Assembly (NCBI GenBank): GCA_965235115.1
Contig: OZ249436.1
Coordinates: 40,550,001 to 40,610,000 of the forward strand
Direction: 5' to 3'
DNA length: 60,000 nucleotides
Origin: Laetmonice hystrix
Lineage: Eukaryota
Under the pieces are notes generated by a model. It was given only the letters and a program-made list of their open reading frames with translations. It had not been told where the DNA came from and did not search any database. Positions 47,735-60,000 of this stretch are shown in pieces. The translations under genes and the position numbers were made by a program. Within the stretch, counting starts at the first letter, position 1. Every line of letters begins with the position of its first letter.

Positions 47735-50700
47735 TCTAAACATGTTTGTATGTGTATCATTTATTGTTATTTCAATCTATATTTTAGAAGCATCTATAAT
47801 TGCTGATATACTGAATATCTTCCGCATAAATTTAGCATCTGCATTGTATCCATGATCAGCGCTGAGGTGGTCTATAGTGATGTTTACTTGAATGATGCAT
47901 CCTTTGGCCAATCGTTAGCGCAGACTGGAAGACGGCAGCTCAACATGGAAGCCTTGTAGGGGGTTCGCACAATAATTTTTTCGAATCGGGTCTCAGCGGG
48001 GCCCTTATTACATACCTTACCACAAGGGGGATGTGCCCCATATACTTTATTTTCCTCGCTGTCTGTCCCCCATTTTGTGTCCACGGCCAAAGGTTGGGGG
48101 TGGAGCCCGGTTAAGAAAATGGGTTTAATGAAAGTATGGGTGTGTGTACAGTCTGCGGCGAGACAGGTTTGACTGACACCATACCGCCGCTTTAGTAACG
48201 TTGCATATATAACCTGAATAATAAATCCAATATTTATTAGAAGCTATAAAGTATCAAACTTGGTTCCAAGTTTTTGAATTAAGTTTTTATATAGGAAATA
48301 CGCAAGGCCATTATTCGAAGCTTTCCTATAGGAGACAGGCCTAAGGATATTTCAGCATCAGGGGACGTGTCAACAGAAAACGACAATTCTTGGTTGGTTG
48401 AGGCTATATCTATAACCGTCACCAAGACAATGCTGCTCACACCAGACCTCACCCGATGAGCATCCGACATGCAAGGTAGCCATTTCATTTCCAAATTGGT
48501 CTCCGTGACGTTTACATAGAGCAATGTGGGCCCTAATAGGACGATTTGGCCGACCTGACAAGGTCTCTTAGCATTCATACATCTATAGCCTCGAGGGATA
48601 CCTGATGTGAGATCGTTGACGTATTTTTCTCGGTGAAGGAGAGTGGCATGCTTGACCAGAGGGTTCCTACATAATGACGTGAATGCACCTGACTTAAGTA
48701 TTCTGGGACGATACACCACCTCACATTGTGACCATATAATAATATAGGCTTGTACATTATATACTGGGATGTTTTTCATGTCGAATCTTGGTTACAGAAT
48801 ATTTTGCATGATTCTCTATTATTGTACTTTTCTTCGTAATCCATTCACGCCATAAAAAACGGTAGTTTGTGTGTTAAAGGACTATCTTCAAAAGATATTG
48901 TAATAAAGTCTCTCTTTCTCATTCTTTGCAAATTAACAGGTGTATTTAAAGTGCATATACTTTCTTTCAATGCACATCTCTCAATTTTGTATGTATTTGT
49001 GTATCAAGCCTTGCATGCACACGCGAGTTTGATGTGTAACCAAGGACAACACTAACTGCTCTGTCTAGAGGTGGTCCACTGATTGCTATTTTGTGAATGC
49101 CTCGGTAAGGCTGCAAGAAGTTAAGCCTGCACGCAACAAATTGCCTTACAATGAAAAGCCTCCTTTTACGGGGTTTCTCCATTATATTTGAATCTATCTT
49201 TAGCGGGTGGTCTCAGTTGGTTGTGGGGTCTGTGGCCAGACCAACGAAAAGTTAACGTTGGGTGACAAAGAAATGCGCTGGGCAAGCAATGATGGAAATG
49301 AACTGTTTGCTGTCAGCTCAGTTCTGGCGCCAGCACCATTAATCTGTACTCTCGGTTTCAGTGACTGAATAACTTGTCTTTGAACTATAGGAAGGTAAAC
49401 ACTTATTGGAACTCTGCATGTCGTTTTCTGGATGGTTACGCTTTAGTCGTAAGTATTCTAACGGTTTCTAACTATAGTTTGCTGCCTTGTTTGCAATGTT
49501 TACCTAAGGTTTAGCTTCCTGGTTTTGTCTTCCAAGTTACAATACTGCCACCGTCGATAGAATTTCCATAAGTTAGTTGGATGCACCGAATGAGTGTTAC
49601 GTAATTCACTTTTGCCAAGAAAACACTTCAAGAAAACATGACATAACTGTTATGTATACCAGCTACCTCTGAAGTTCTTCTGAACTCCTGTAACAGCATT
49701 AACATACTAGCGTCTCTCCCAGGGGACTAATGACGCTCAAAACATTTAGTCAGGCCATTAAGAAGAATGGGAGTCGGACTCTGTATTCTGAGTAATCTAT
49801 GCAGGTTTCATGTATTTCGTATTCGCAATCCTATTGCGGGCACCACCTGTGATAACAGGTTGCAGGAGGTCTAAATGAGAGACCGGGGCCCATTTTTCAA
49901 AAATTCTCAATTTGAGTAGGCCTAAAGCTTACTTCAGTAAGCTAACAGGCTGGCCTTAGCAGACCTGCCAATGAGAAGCCTGTTAAGTAAGCATTACTTT
50001 TATCACCATCTTCACCGCCGTGATATGACCCTGGCTGTTGCAAGGCGTAAAACCCCAAATACACACCCACCCAAACACTATCACAAAGGATATCACGTGC
50101 GAGTTATTTTCTGCACATTAATGTTAACAATCAGCAAGTTTTCGTCCGATACGGTGGAGGAGGGGAACGGACCACTGGACTGTTGAAATGTTGATACACA
50201 CTGGTACTTATTGTGGTGCAGGCTCACTCACCGTCCTCGTATCTCAGACAGACGAATGGCGCCTTATCTAGAAGATTTCCTTGTTTGTATAAATAAAACG
50301 TTGATTTCAGCCACAACCAAACCTTTGTCAAACAACCTATCATCATCTAGTGCATGTTCAGCGTCTGAAGATAATATCGATGTTTAATCTAGGGTGATAC
50401 GATCGATCAAAATAATCCGAGGTATGCAAGGTCAACCGTATGGTAATTTCAGGGCTAAAAAAGTTATGTCTTCATGCAAGAGGCAGCAATTACGATCTGA
50501 CGTTAGATATGGCAAGAATTCACTCGCTCGTCACACAGATCAAAGGGGGGCACACAGTGCTAAACTCCAGACATGAGGTTGAAAACTCTGGGCATGTATG
50601 GGCTATACTACATTAGAGCCTCTAAGGGTTTTTTTCTAATGTGTAATAACTTTTTCAAGCCGCAAAATACTTGACCTCCTCTTGCCCAGTCCTGCCCCCT

Positions 50701-50835
50701 CTCTGCCCCCTCTCTGCCCCCCTCTCCACCTCCTGGCCATTATATTCCGAGAGCCCACATTGCAAATTCGATTTCGGCCGCTGCAAGCGAACATAATGAC
50801 ACAGTTGATTTGGCCGGTTGTCAGTAACCCGGCAG

Positions 50836-53624
50836 GGGGGACCGCCTGTCGCTGTCCCCCGTGAGATTCCATGATGTATGGACTTGGGATGTTTGCAACG
50901 TTTCCCAGGTTCTAGGAGGGCAAAGGTTATCGTCCCGAAGGTCAGTCTGAACCTTGCGCCGCCCTCTCGCCCAGGTTCTCGTTATGAGCGTCCCACGTGC
51001 CGCAGGACGTAATGTCACATGTCCTCCTGGACGCAGATAATGTGGCGAGGTAAATCTCGTTATATGAGCGTCCCACGTGATGCAGGACGTCATGTCACAT
51101 GTCCTCCTGGACGCAGATAATGTGGCGAGGTAAATCTCGTTGTGAGCGTCCCACGTGACGTAGTACGTCACCGCTGACTGTCCACTTGTCCTCCTGGACC
51201 TAGATAATGTGGCAAGGTAAATCTCCTTGTGAGGGTCCCACGTGACGTAGTACGTCACCGCTGACTGTCCACGCGTCCTCCTGGACCCAGATAATGTGGC
51301 GAGGTAAATCTCGTTGTCAGGGTCCCACGTGACGTAGTACGTCACCGCTGACTGTCCACGTGTCCTTCCGGACGCAGATAATGTGCGATCTAACGAGGGA
51401 TTCGCCTTACGAGGCCACACACAGCCGACCCAAGTGTCAAAGTGTGAAGGCTGTTTGCAACTAACAATGTCAGGTATAGTCCGATGGCAGAAGACGTCAA
51501 TGAGCCTGCAACCTTTACAATAAACCATTCTTTTCGGACAAGTAACTTGCCCGTACCGCAGACACTGTTTGCGTACAGTGTAGCCGATTGGTTTGATGCG
51601 AATGGTATAGCTGGTAAGAGTGATGACGACAGATTGATAGCACACAGACCCTCGCGAGTAAATAACCAATCGACATGTTGATCCTACATGATTGTCAGAG
51701 GCCTGAAACACTGAATGTGGCCGTTGTTGGTAAAAATGCAGTTTCCCTTCGGTAAACTTTGAGACTCTACAAGCGAGTAGTTAAAGGACTCGTTCGATGG
51801 GGCAGTCCTTGAAAGTCCTTTAAACCTAGCATCAGTCTCGGCTCATATGTCCATGTTCACATCGGATTATTAGCTCCGTCCAAAGGTATTGCACTTGGCA
51901 ATGCCAACAGCTTCATGGTCACTTAGGTACAGACCTCTTGTGTGAAATTCTATCAGGTATTATACATGCACGAATAAGATTTTATATCACTCGCTTATAA
52001 TACACACGAAGGGTATATATCACTGGGTTGCCATGCACAGAAAGGTTTTTACCCCACAAAGGTCAGTAGTTGAAGGCGTATCCGACACACACCTTTGACT
52101 GCAGACATCGTTTTTGAATGCGATTTAAGTATAAGGTCTTTGATGTCCATTACTCTATTATATCGTGCCGGTTGGTTCTGTATATGCGTGCTGGCGGCCA
52201 ATCGTTCTGCCTTTGTGGCTTTGGATTACAGTGTTGGTTGACAATGTTGGCGTGTGCTGTACCGATACCGGCCGAACCGATTCGGCATCTGTCATGTCCG
52301 GATCACTAATTCAACCGTACACTTCACAGGTATATGGTTATCGTGCTTTCCATCTGCCTTGATTGGGGGGTAGAATGACGTATATTATGGACATCAGCGC
52401 GTCATAAATCTAATGTTAAATTACATATTAACTAGTCGTAAGGTTTAGGGGTTTTTTTTACGTATGGGTAAACGGTATGGGGTTCATTGATGACAGACTG
52501 ATTATAGTCCCCATATATACAGTGGACATCATGAGGTCGGTCATAACATGTTGGACTTTCCTGTCACATGTGATTCTATAGCTTACCTTATTTAAGGAGA
52601 CATATAGCCCTCAGCTCTTGGTCAAACTATTATGAATGTTTACAGTATACTTGGTAAACGTACCGAAAAATATCTGTTGAAAGTTCTCTTGTAGCATTAC
52701 TTTGTGATATTTGGGAGCTTCACATGATAAAGCCTACACTTTTAAAGTTTTTCATTAAGCATATCATTAGCAATAACCAAACATGTTTTATTGTTTGGTC
52801 ACCCATTTCTAGACACTCAGATTGGACGGTGCGCCATCAGTGTTGAACCCGACATCAACACTAGCCTCAGGGTGTGCGGAGGACCTGGGCAAGTGAACCA
52901 ACATACGAGTCTCAGGGACGTCGCCTTATCTGTGCTATTTGAGAAGGTGAACTTTAGATACGGGCCTCTAGACTCTCGGTCTGATGGGCATCAGTCGGCG
53001 TGAAGATATATATTGGCCACAAAACCTCCATAGAATTTGATAAATCACTTGCACACACCAATCATATAGAAATTTAAGTAACACAGTGAAAGACAAAACA
53101 CATGATAATATCAGTTTATTCAGAGGTGATGAAAACGTGTTAATTTCCTTCCTGCCTAATGGTAGGACTCCAGTAACCATTTATATGCAGCCTTAATGAA
53201 ACTTTATCCTTCAAAGACCTTTGTTGCGTTTAAGTACCTTCATTTCTCAACGTCCGATTAAATATTGTGTTATTAAACCCGAGGCACATATTCAAAACAT
53301 AATAATTGTTCAAGGAGTCAAAAGTAGCCCTATCAGTGACATTTTGTTACCCCAGATAGTGGTTATCCATAAACATAACCGTCATTATAATAAACTATAG
53401 TTATATCTGCACTCCAAATAAAGTGATACATTATGTTGTAATACGATCTCACGGCGTATTTTGAACAGAACCCGAGAGGACTGCAGAGAAGTGAGGTCCT
53501 TAATGCAGTGCGCGTCCCGTGGAGACGCCGTCAGCCAACCCGGCAACATACGTCATCAACATTCTACATTCACTGGTGTCGTCACGAGGCTAATTATGAC
53601 GTCACTGATAACAATCCAGTATAA
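50836..53624 (+). CDS. Tentative 3' part of a spliced gene, product unknown; exons 50836-50940, 51474-51613, 52232-52329, 52821-52946, 53469-53624
   Basis: GC-richer blocks bounded by AG/GT with phase-compatible junctions (2,1,0,0), open to TAA at 53622-53624; no family recognised. Confidence 0.35.
50977..51385. repeat. Minisatellite, ~5 x 78-87 bp
   Basis: AGATAATGTG recurs with TGTG at 51041, 51121, 51208, 51295, 51382. Confidence 0.92.
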
Positions 53625-53737
53625 GGACGCATACATTGTAGGGGAGGGGGGCGCTATAAGGAACGTTTTAAAAACAAGTTCTGAAAAAACTTATGAATTA
53701 ACCTGATCCTGGATTGTGGATAAGGATAAGGGGGACT

Positions 53738-53796
53738 GAGGAGGAGGAGGAGGAGGAGGAGGAGGAGGAGGAGGAGGAGGGGGTAGGAGGAGGAGG
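53738..53796. repeat. (GAG)n microsatellite
   Basis: GAGGAG run with one interruption. Confidence 0.95.
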
Positions 53797-55766
53797 GAGA
53801 TCCCTAGAACCCGCCTTTTCTCCCCATTTGACTCCAGTTGGGACTCCATATATCTTTTGTCACTTTCCACATCAGCTTTCTCCTCTATCATCTCCTTAGT
53901 GTCATCATACTCAATCAATAATTGTCCTGTGTGTCCTATATGTGTCGAGTGTGAAAGAGACAAATAAAGAGGGAGAAAAAGAGGACACCTAAGCATAATT
54001 ACAGAATCATTCATAGGCCTGTGATAATATGCGTCTACTTTTTTAAATGTCATTATATTTTATTATGGACGACCTAGACAAAACATCTGCAACATGTGCC
54101 ACGTTTGGTGCGATGGGGGCTTTCATATCCATGTTAGGGGCCGAGCCGTCAACGTCCCAAAACCTCGCGTCCATGTCGGAGGGGCCGCGACCAAATTCCC
54201 CCCCCCCCCCCCCCCAAGGCGGTCATCTGGTGGCGTTCATTTCGGGGCAGGTTGGATGCACCTGTTGTCTACAGGTGACCGATGACAGGCGCTGTTGCCC
54301 GGCAACGGGATCTTGTGCCCGGTCGTGCCCCTCGTGCCCCTTGTGCCCCCGGGAGATGACAAATATGCGCGTCTTCCTCCCTTTTCCCGAGCAGGACCCC
54401 CTTCGGTTCGGAGGGGAGGCGAGGCGTCTGCCTGACGCGCGTCCCACGCTAACTATAGGCGGGTTTCACAGTCACTTTGTACCGTCCTCAGATTTCGGCT
54501 AGAAATAATTGGCCGGTATAAAATGAATGCGCATGCGTGTGCGCATGTCAAGGACAATTTCCGAAAACCTGAAAACAATAGGCATGATTCTGGTCAAGCT
54601 TTTCGGGAAGAACTGAACGTGCACATCTATAAGTAGGAGGGGGGATATGTCACCGACAAACTAATGGTATGCCATTCTAACCCCACCTCATACTTCATTC
54701 CAACATAACGCGATGATGTCAAGAATCTGCTGAAGTTATGGACATCAAATAAATCAGTCCTGAAAGAGTTGGAGTCAGACCGATAACTGTTTAAGGGGTA
54801 TCGAGTTGCGCGTGGATAAAGACTACCGTGAGTAGAATTATTATGGTGTGCTGGGATGTGACCGCTCATAAAATCTCGCTTGTCAAGTGCACTATCGGAG
54901 TTTAAAGTCAACAGGTGACGATTAAATTAGATTAAGAGCTTTCTGATTTTTCACATCAGCCCAAATAAGTGGCAATATTATACAACTGCAATGTAAATTC
55001 GAGTCGCTGTAATAGCAGATCTCCATACTGTCGTGTTTCTTATATTTCCTCCCGAACAGACTTCACTTCGGTCCTGTCGTTCTGTCATTTCCAGGCCAAT
55101 GTGACAGCTTTTAGACAGAAACGTGGGCGGACTTTCCAGTCAAGATAACATTGCAGGCTTAATATACAACGAACGCATCCCACCCGTAACCAAGCCAAGG
55201 TGCCGTACATATTGTCTACCTATATAATAAAAGCGACTATATGGCTTGATGTTTGCGCGTTCGACCGTTACATCCTATATTCTTCTCTGGTCAGAATGCA
55301 TGGCGGAATAAAGATAAAGACATCATCAGTTTTCACTGCAGATTTCCGGGGGCGCATTCGCGCGTCAAAGCTAATGGAGGCCGACAGGACTAATATTTAC
55401 CAAACGGTCAGGAACACGGTGAAATGAGCGGACACAATTACCCAGAAATATCTGGACACACCGAAGGCGTTGAATAGGATCAAGGTACAGCCAGCGTTGA
55501 CAGATTGGGGCGTGGTTCTTTGACGCGAAGCTATAATTGTTCCATTAGACAGCCCGCTCCCGGAAGTGGGGCTTCCTTACCCCGAGGGTGCAGTCCTTGG
55601 ACGACTACCCCCTGGGGGTGAGAAGTGTGCACCTTGCCAACGTGTTAATTGTCCAAATGACCAGGTAAATGGTCACTCAGTCGTCCAGTGGCCGTGCTGT
55701 ACGGATCGGTCAGGTCTGCCAGCTGACACCTCACCCTCACGCCCTTGGGATATATGCCTAGACACC

Positions 55767-55896
55767 CAGTGGATTTAAGGGGGGGGGGGGTACTGGGGTT
55801 GCAACCCCTCGTTCCGAAGTGATTTTTCTTTTTCCTGCTTGAAAGATTCACACATAACCCCCCCCCCCCCCCGGCGCAAACCTGGATCTGCCCCTG
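55767..55896. mobile_element. Short degenerate MITE of the GGCGGATC-TIR family
   Basis: CAGTGGATTTAAGG / CCTGGATCTGCCCCTG with ACACC on both sides. Confidence 0.6.
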
Positions 55897-56083
55897 ACAC
55901 CTATACCCAGGCACACATGCAGTCATAGATTTACATGAGGACAATTATACATCCTGATGACGGATGACGGAGAAAATGTGACGTCATTACCACTTGCCCC
56001 CCCCCCCCCCATTTATTGCTCTATCACCAGGCAGATCCACCTGTCTGTCGTGAGTTACTACTGCCCCCCCCCCCACCTGCACC

Positions 56084-56164
56084 ACCACCATACCGCCCTC
56101 GCCCCACCATACCGCCCTCGCCCCACCATACTGCCCTCGCCCCACCATACCGCCCTCGCCCCAC
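56084..56164. repeat. Minisatellite, 4 x 19 bp
   Basis: CACCATACCGCCCTCGCCC repeated. Confidence 0.92.
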
Positions 56165-59100
56165 ACCCCATAGCCACGTTGGCAGCGGGTAAGCTGACTT
56201 TTCGATGATGTAACATGTCCGTTTTATGGTAACCTTGAATGACACCTTCCATATACCTTCTATGGTTATGGTCCAACATCTTGATTCACCTGGTGTTGAT
56301 GATGGTCACGCCATACACAACAACTCCGTCATGTACAATGTGTACGTATAGAGGCCGGCTTTTGATCAAACAGAGAGGAAGGGCTTTGTTGATGGCCGCA
56401 CCTCGATTTCCAATGACCACTGGAATGGGGAAGGGCCCGTAACCAAACATAAGATAACAAAGGCAGGACGAAATTAAAGTAGTGGTTTTATGGCCTGCTC
56501 GCTGTCTCGATCAATACAGACTTACGAGATGGAGTTATTTATACAAGGACTATATAGGTTGAAGTTCACAGATACCAATGGGCTATGCAGGTCAGCATAC
56601 GAGGAAATATCTATGTAAATAATTTAATTTGCATGAAACATAAAACTTTGTTCAACCGTTGTGAATTGTTGAAACGGTTATGTTACGTATGTCTACAGAG
56701 CTACCTTTTCTGATGAACACTTGACTCTTTGATCAGTATTTCACGGCAACAAATTGAAATATGTGAAGTTAATGATATAAAAGCAGGTATGTTGGAATGA
56801 TACGAAATGAGTTCTTCAACATGAATGAACTCCATCATTCTTATATGAACTGCTACTCGCGGTAAGTTACATATTGGTATTTTGTGTGTGTTTTTTACTT
56901 CCCTTTCAGGAAAACAATTTGTCTCTGTTTTTTTTTATATTATTCCCGCAGGAGGTTGCATGTGCTCCTCGAGAGACCCTACAAAAGGCTGCCGTGACAG
57001 TTGCTATTAAAAGCCTGTTGAAAATATGCACTCCTATATATTATATTATTATATAGTATATGATAGTAAGTATACACGCGTTGTTATCAGCATACTTCCT
57101 ATATGTCTTCAACGGTTCAATTACCTAATTCGGCCATAGTTGTCATCTTTCCCCCTTTTTTCTTGGCCGTGGTATAGTGTCATTACATATGGCTCTTGTG
57201 CATGAATAAAATACACGCTTGGTGAATGAAATAAAACATGACAACATGTCGAGGTAGTCAAGCATGCCATGCACCCATTATCATGTCAGTCAAGTTTATT
57301 GTTCCGAACTGAAAAGTAAATTTGGAGGAATGCCGCCTCTATCTATTGTCGACCGCTATACCCTGAGCATAGTTTCCGTTTATTCTCCACAACCACCGTC
57401 TATTTTGGTGTGGGAAGCCGAGTTTGCAATGCTTGGAGAGGGGTGAAAAGTCAACACTTCTCCAGACAATGGGGCACAGCGTCATCCTGCATGCACGACT
57501 CTGTCCGTTAAACCACAGAGGGGTTCGTCTTGACCAATTGGGACACGACATGGGGGTGTGCAACGTGCAGCATCCCCCCCCCCCTCCCCCCATCAATGTT
57601 GGTGTGACTTTAATGGGCAAACGAAAATGGTGTCGTGCCGTGTTGATGTTCGCGTGCTTTTTAACAACGCGGCAAAAGAAAACTAAACCATTAAAATGGA
57701 CACCGCGACTGAAGACGACATCCCAAGTCATGAAACCAGCGAGGGCGAACAGTCTCTGTGTTGTTAGAGTTCAAGTATAGAGCACGCTTTACTGTCCAAG
57801 GTATATAATCTATTAATATGTATGGCATGGTAATAACACACTTGTTTTTATTGATAAGGTATACTGAATTATATCCTGGTAATTATATGTTTATTTCTAA
57901 TTCGGCGTCAGCGAGAATGTGACAACAGATGTGTAAATAGAAGGGCAGGAAACCACAATATGCTGACTTTTAATCCAACCTATAAAACCATTAACGTTAT
58001 ACGCACGCGCTGAAAAATGTCTTCTGGGTATCATAGAAATTGCATGCACATGCATGAAGGCTTAAGATGTACCGGTAATATATATTCTCAGGCAGTTTTG
58101 ACAGCTGAGAAAGATTCATCACATTTAACTCTAGGGATAACTCAAACAACACATCGTTATTTTTATTTTTTATTATCAATTCTCTCATATATTCAAAACA
58201 CAAATTACAAAATACACATTCACTTCGCAGAGTGAAAATTCATCTTGAAATGCCATGTCCAGCACGGCCGACAAAGAACATGAAACGTATACAAAACTGA
58301 TGTATGAAATGCCACAAGGATGATCATTTAGGTATCACACAAAACTACTTTTGTAGGCACATTGTGGGGCAATCTTATGAATTAGAATCATGTCATTTAG
58401 GCTGCAAACGGCTATTCATAGTGGTGTGTATGTGTGAGCGCATCTGCTGACTTTAATGGCTGAATTAAAAGATGTCATGAATGAAAATCAATGAACTGGG
58501 ATGTAGATTTAAAGAACCTTCTATGTACAGGTGAAACTCTCACAACTCGTGCGACATGAAATGTGATAATGTATGTTATAATGACAATGACAACACACAT
58601 AAAAACCGACGACGTCGTGTGTTTTCTCATGATGACTGTGACACTTTCTCCACAGTGTCATACTCCATCCACGCAATGATTGTCTACGGTTTTCAACTCA
58701 CACAGATTGAACCACTCGATGACAACTTGGGACGAATCTGAACGAATCTATACGAATGTGTCCTTTGTGGACTGAAAGCACCATGGGTGGCGACTCTTTC
58801 AGAGTCATTGTTTGTCTTACCCCAAAGACGTCACTCTCATGCCAATATCACAGGCGATCTGTCGGAGCGAAGAACGTCGTACTTAACTTTCAACTGTCAC
58901 GGATCTCATTGATTGAGCACGTGTTCATTGCGAAAGTCATGTGAACGCCAAACTCCTCAAAATGACGTACCCAGCTGACTGACGTGGGCTGGGTAGAAAA
59001 TAACGCATGACTGAGCAAGCGGACGGAATCGTAACGGTGCAACTGTATCTCCATACATGACCTTTTCAGTCAAAAGAACATGGATTCCGTCCTTGCGTCG

Positions 59101-60000
59101 TGGCCGTTTTCCACAGGGTTTCAAATTCTTCTAATCGAGGAGCACATTGTAACAAGGCCCTCCCTAGTCGGATCCTACCGACAAACAGAAACTGTCCTTC
59201 ACCCCGTCTTACTCCACATTTGTGCGGAGCCACAACGTTGCCATGGCGACTACTTGTCGTCGAATCCGAGAAGCCTCGCTTTGACCTGGATGACGACGTT
59301 CCGAAATGGTTGACCTTCTGACGTAGGACTTTCGTCACGCCGACGTCGATTGTCGTCTGCCGTTTGAGATAGTCGTGTTGTACAGTGCGCATGTCCCCGG
59401 TAACGGCTGTAACGAGAAACATGGCGGAAAATGTCAATGTACATTTCAACTGCTTCAAAAACAGGTCTCTAATACACTATGATATCATGTCTACACTGTA
59501 TGCTACGAATCACTGTTCCAAAGCCATCTGAATCAGTAGAGATATATCAAGTGTGCTAATGACCCTGTACAGTGACCCTGTATCAATTATGCCTTTGGCT
59601 ATCTCGCCACAGCAAGTAGTTTGCGGTAAATATAGATGTTTACAAGAATTTCAGGACAATGATTATGACTGCCTCTATTGCTCTACATTTCCGGGGACGC
59701 CTTATCGGTAGCGGCAAAGTATAGACTGGTTTGTGTCCCATTAGTTATCAAAACAATGCTGTGTTTTCGTTCGGGCCCCCTTAGGGGAATACCATCTTTC
59801 CAGCAGACATACGCACTTCTGCTCTACTTGTGTTACAACCACATTTCCCTCTTTGTGTTTAGGCGAATGGTAAGAATGTCAAGCACATGTGAATAATCCA
59901 CTACAATTTCGTCAGAGATCTCCACTATTCGTCAGAGATAATAAGGAACCTCTTTGATTGGTGACGGTTCTGATCTGATTATGTGTAACATAATTTCACG

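Noticed and set aside
47548..47760. Poly-Leu ORF, and poly-Pro/poly-Glu ORFs at 53691-54053
   Set aside because: Translations of (GAA)n and (GAG)n microsatellites
50821..51711. 296-aa minus-strand ORF with 29-aa repeats
   Set aside because: Open frame is explained by an 87-bp minisatellite; GTG start and the frame shifts in the shorter units

Overview
Eukaryotic (invertebrate, probably lophotrochozoan) genomic DNA. Bases 1 to ~32.2 kb are the right-hand end of a ~2.09-kb tandem macrosatellite. Each unit carries one tRNA-Ser(GCT) gene (+) with a Pol III terminator, a CTCF-like motif and a convergent, intronless, divergent TALE-class (PYP) homeobox gene (-) with TATA-like box, Kozak ATG and AATAAA. 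Twelve units are visible. Three edge copies keep a 309-aa ORF. The eight homogenised copies share a nonsense change plus a 1-bp deletion, giving a 58-codon uORF whose stop overlaps (TGATG) the start of a 250-aa homeodomain ORF. Edge units are interrupted by a nested pair of Helentron/HINE-type elements (present twice) and by a TTAA-flanked (Kolobok-like) remnant. The rest (32-60 kb) holds MITEs, tRNA-Lys(TTT), tRNA-Thr(AGT), mini/microsatellites and a tentative five-exon gene fragment at 50.8-53.6 kb. Family assignments are from motif recognition, not database searches.
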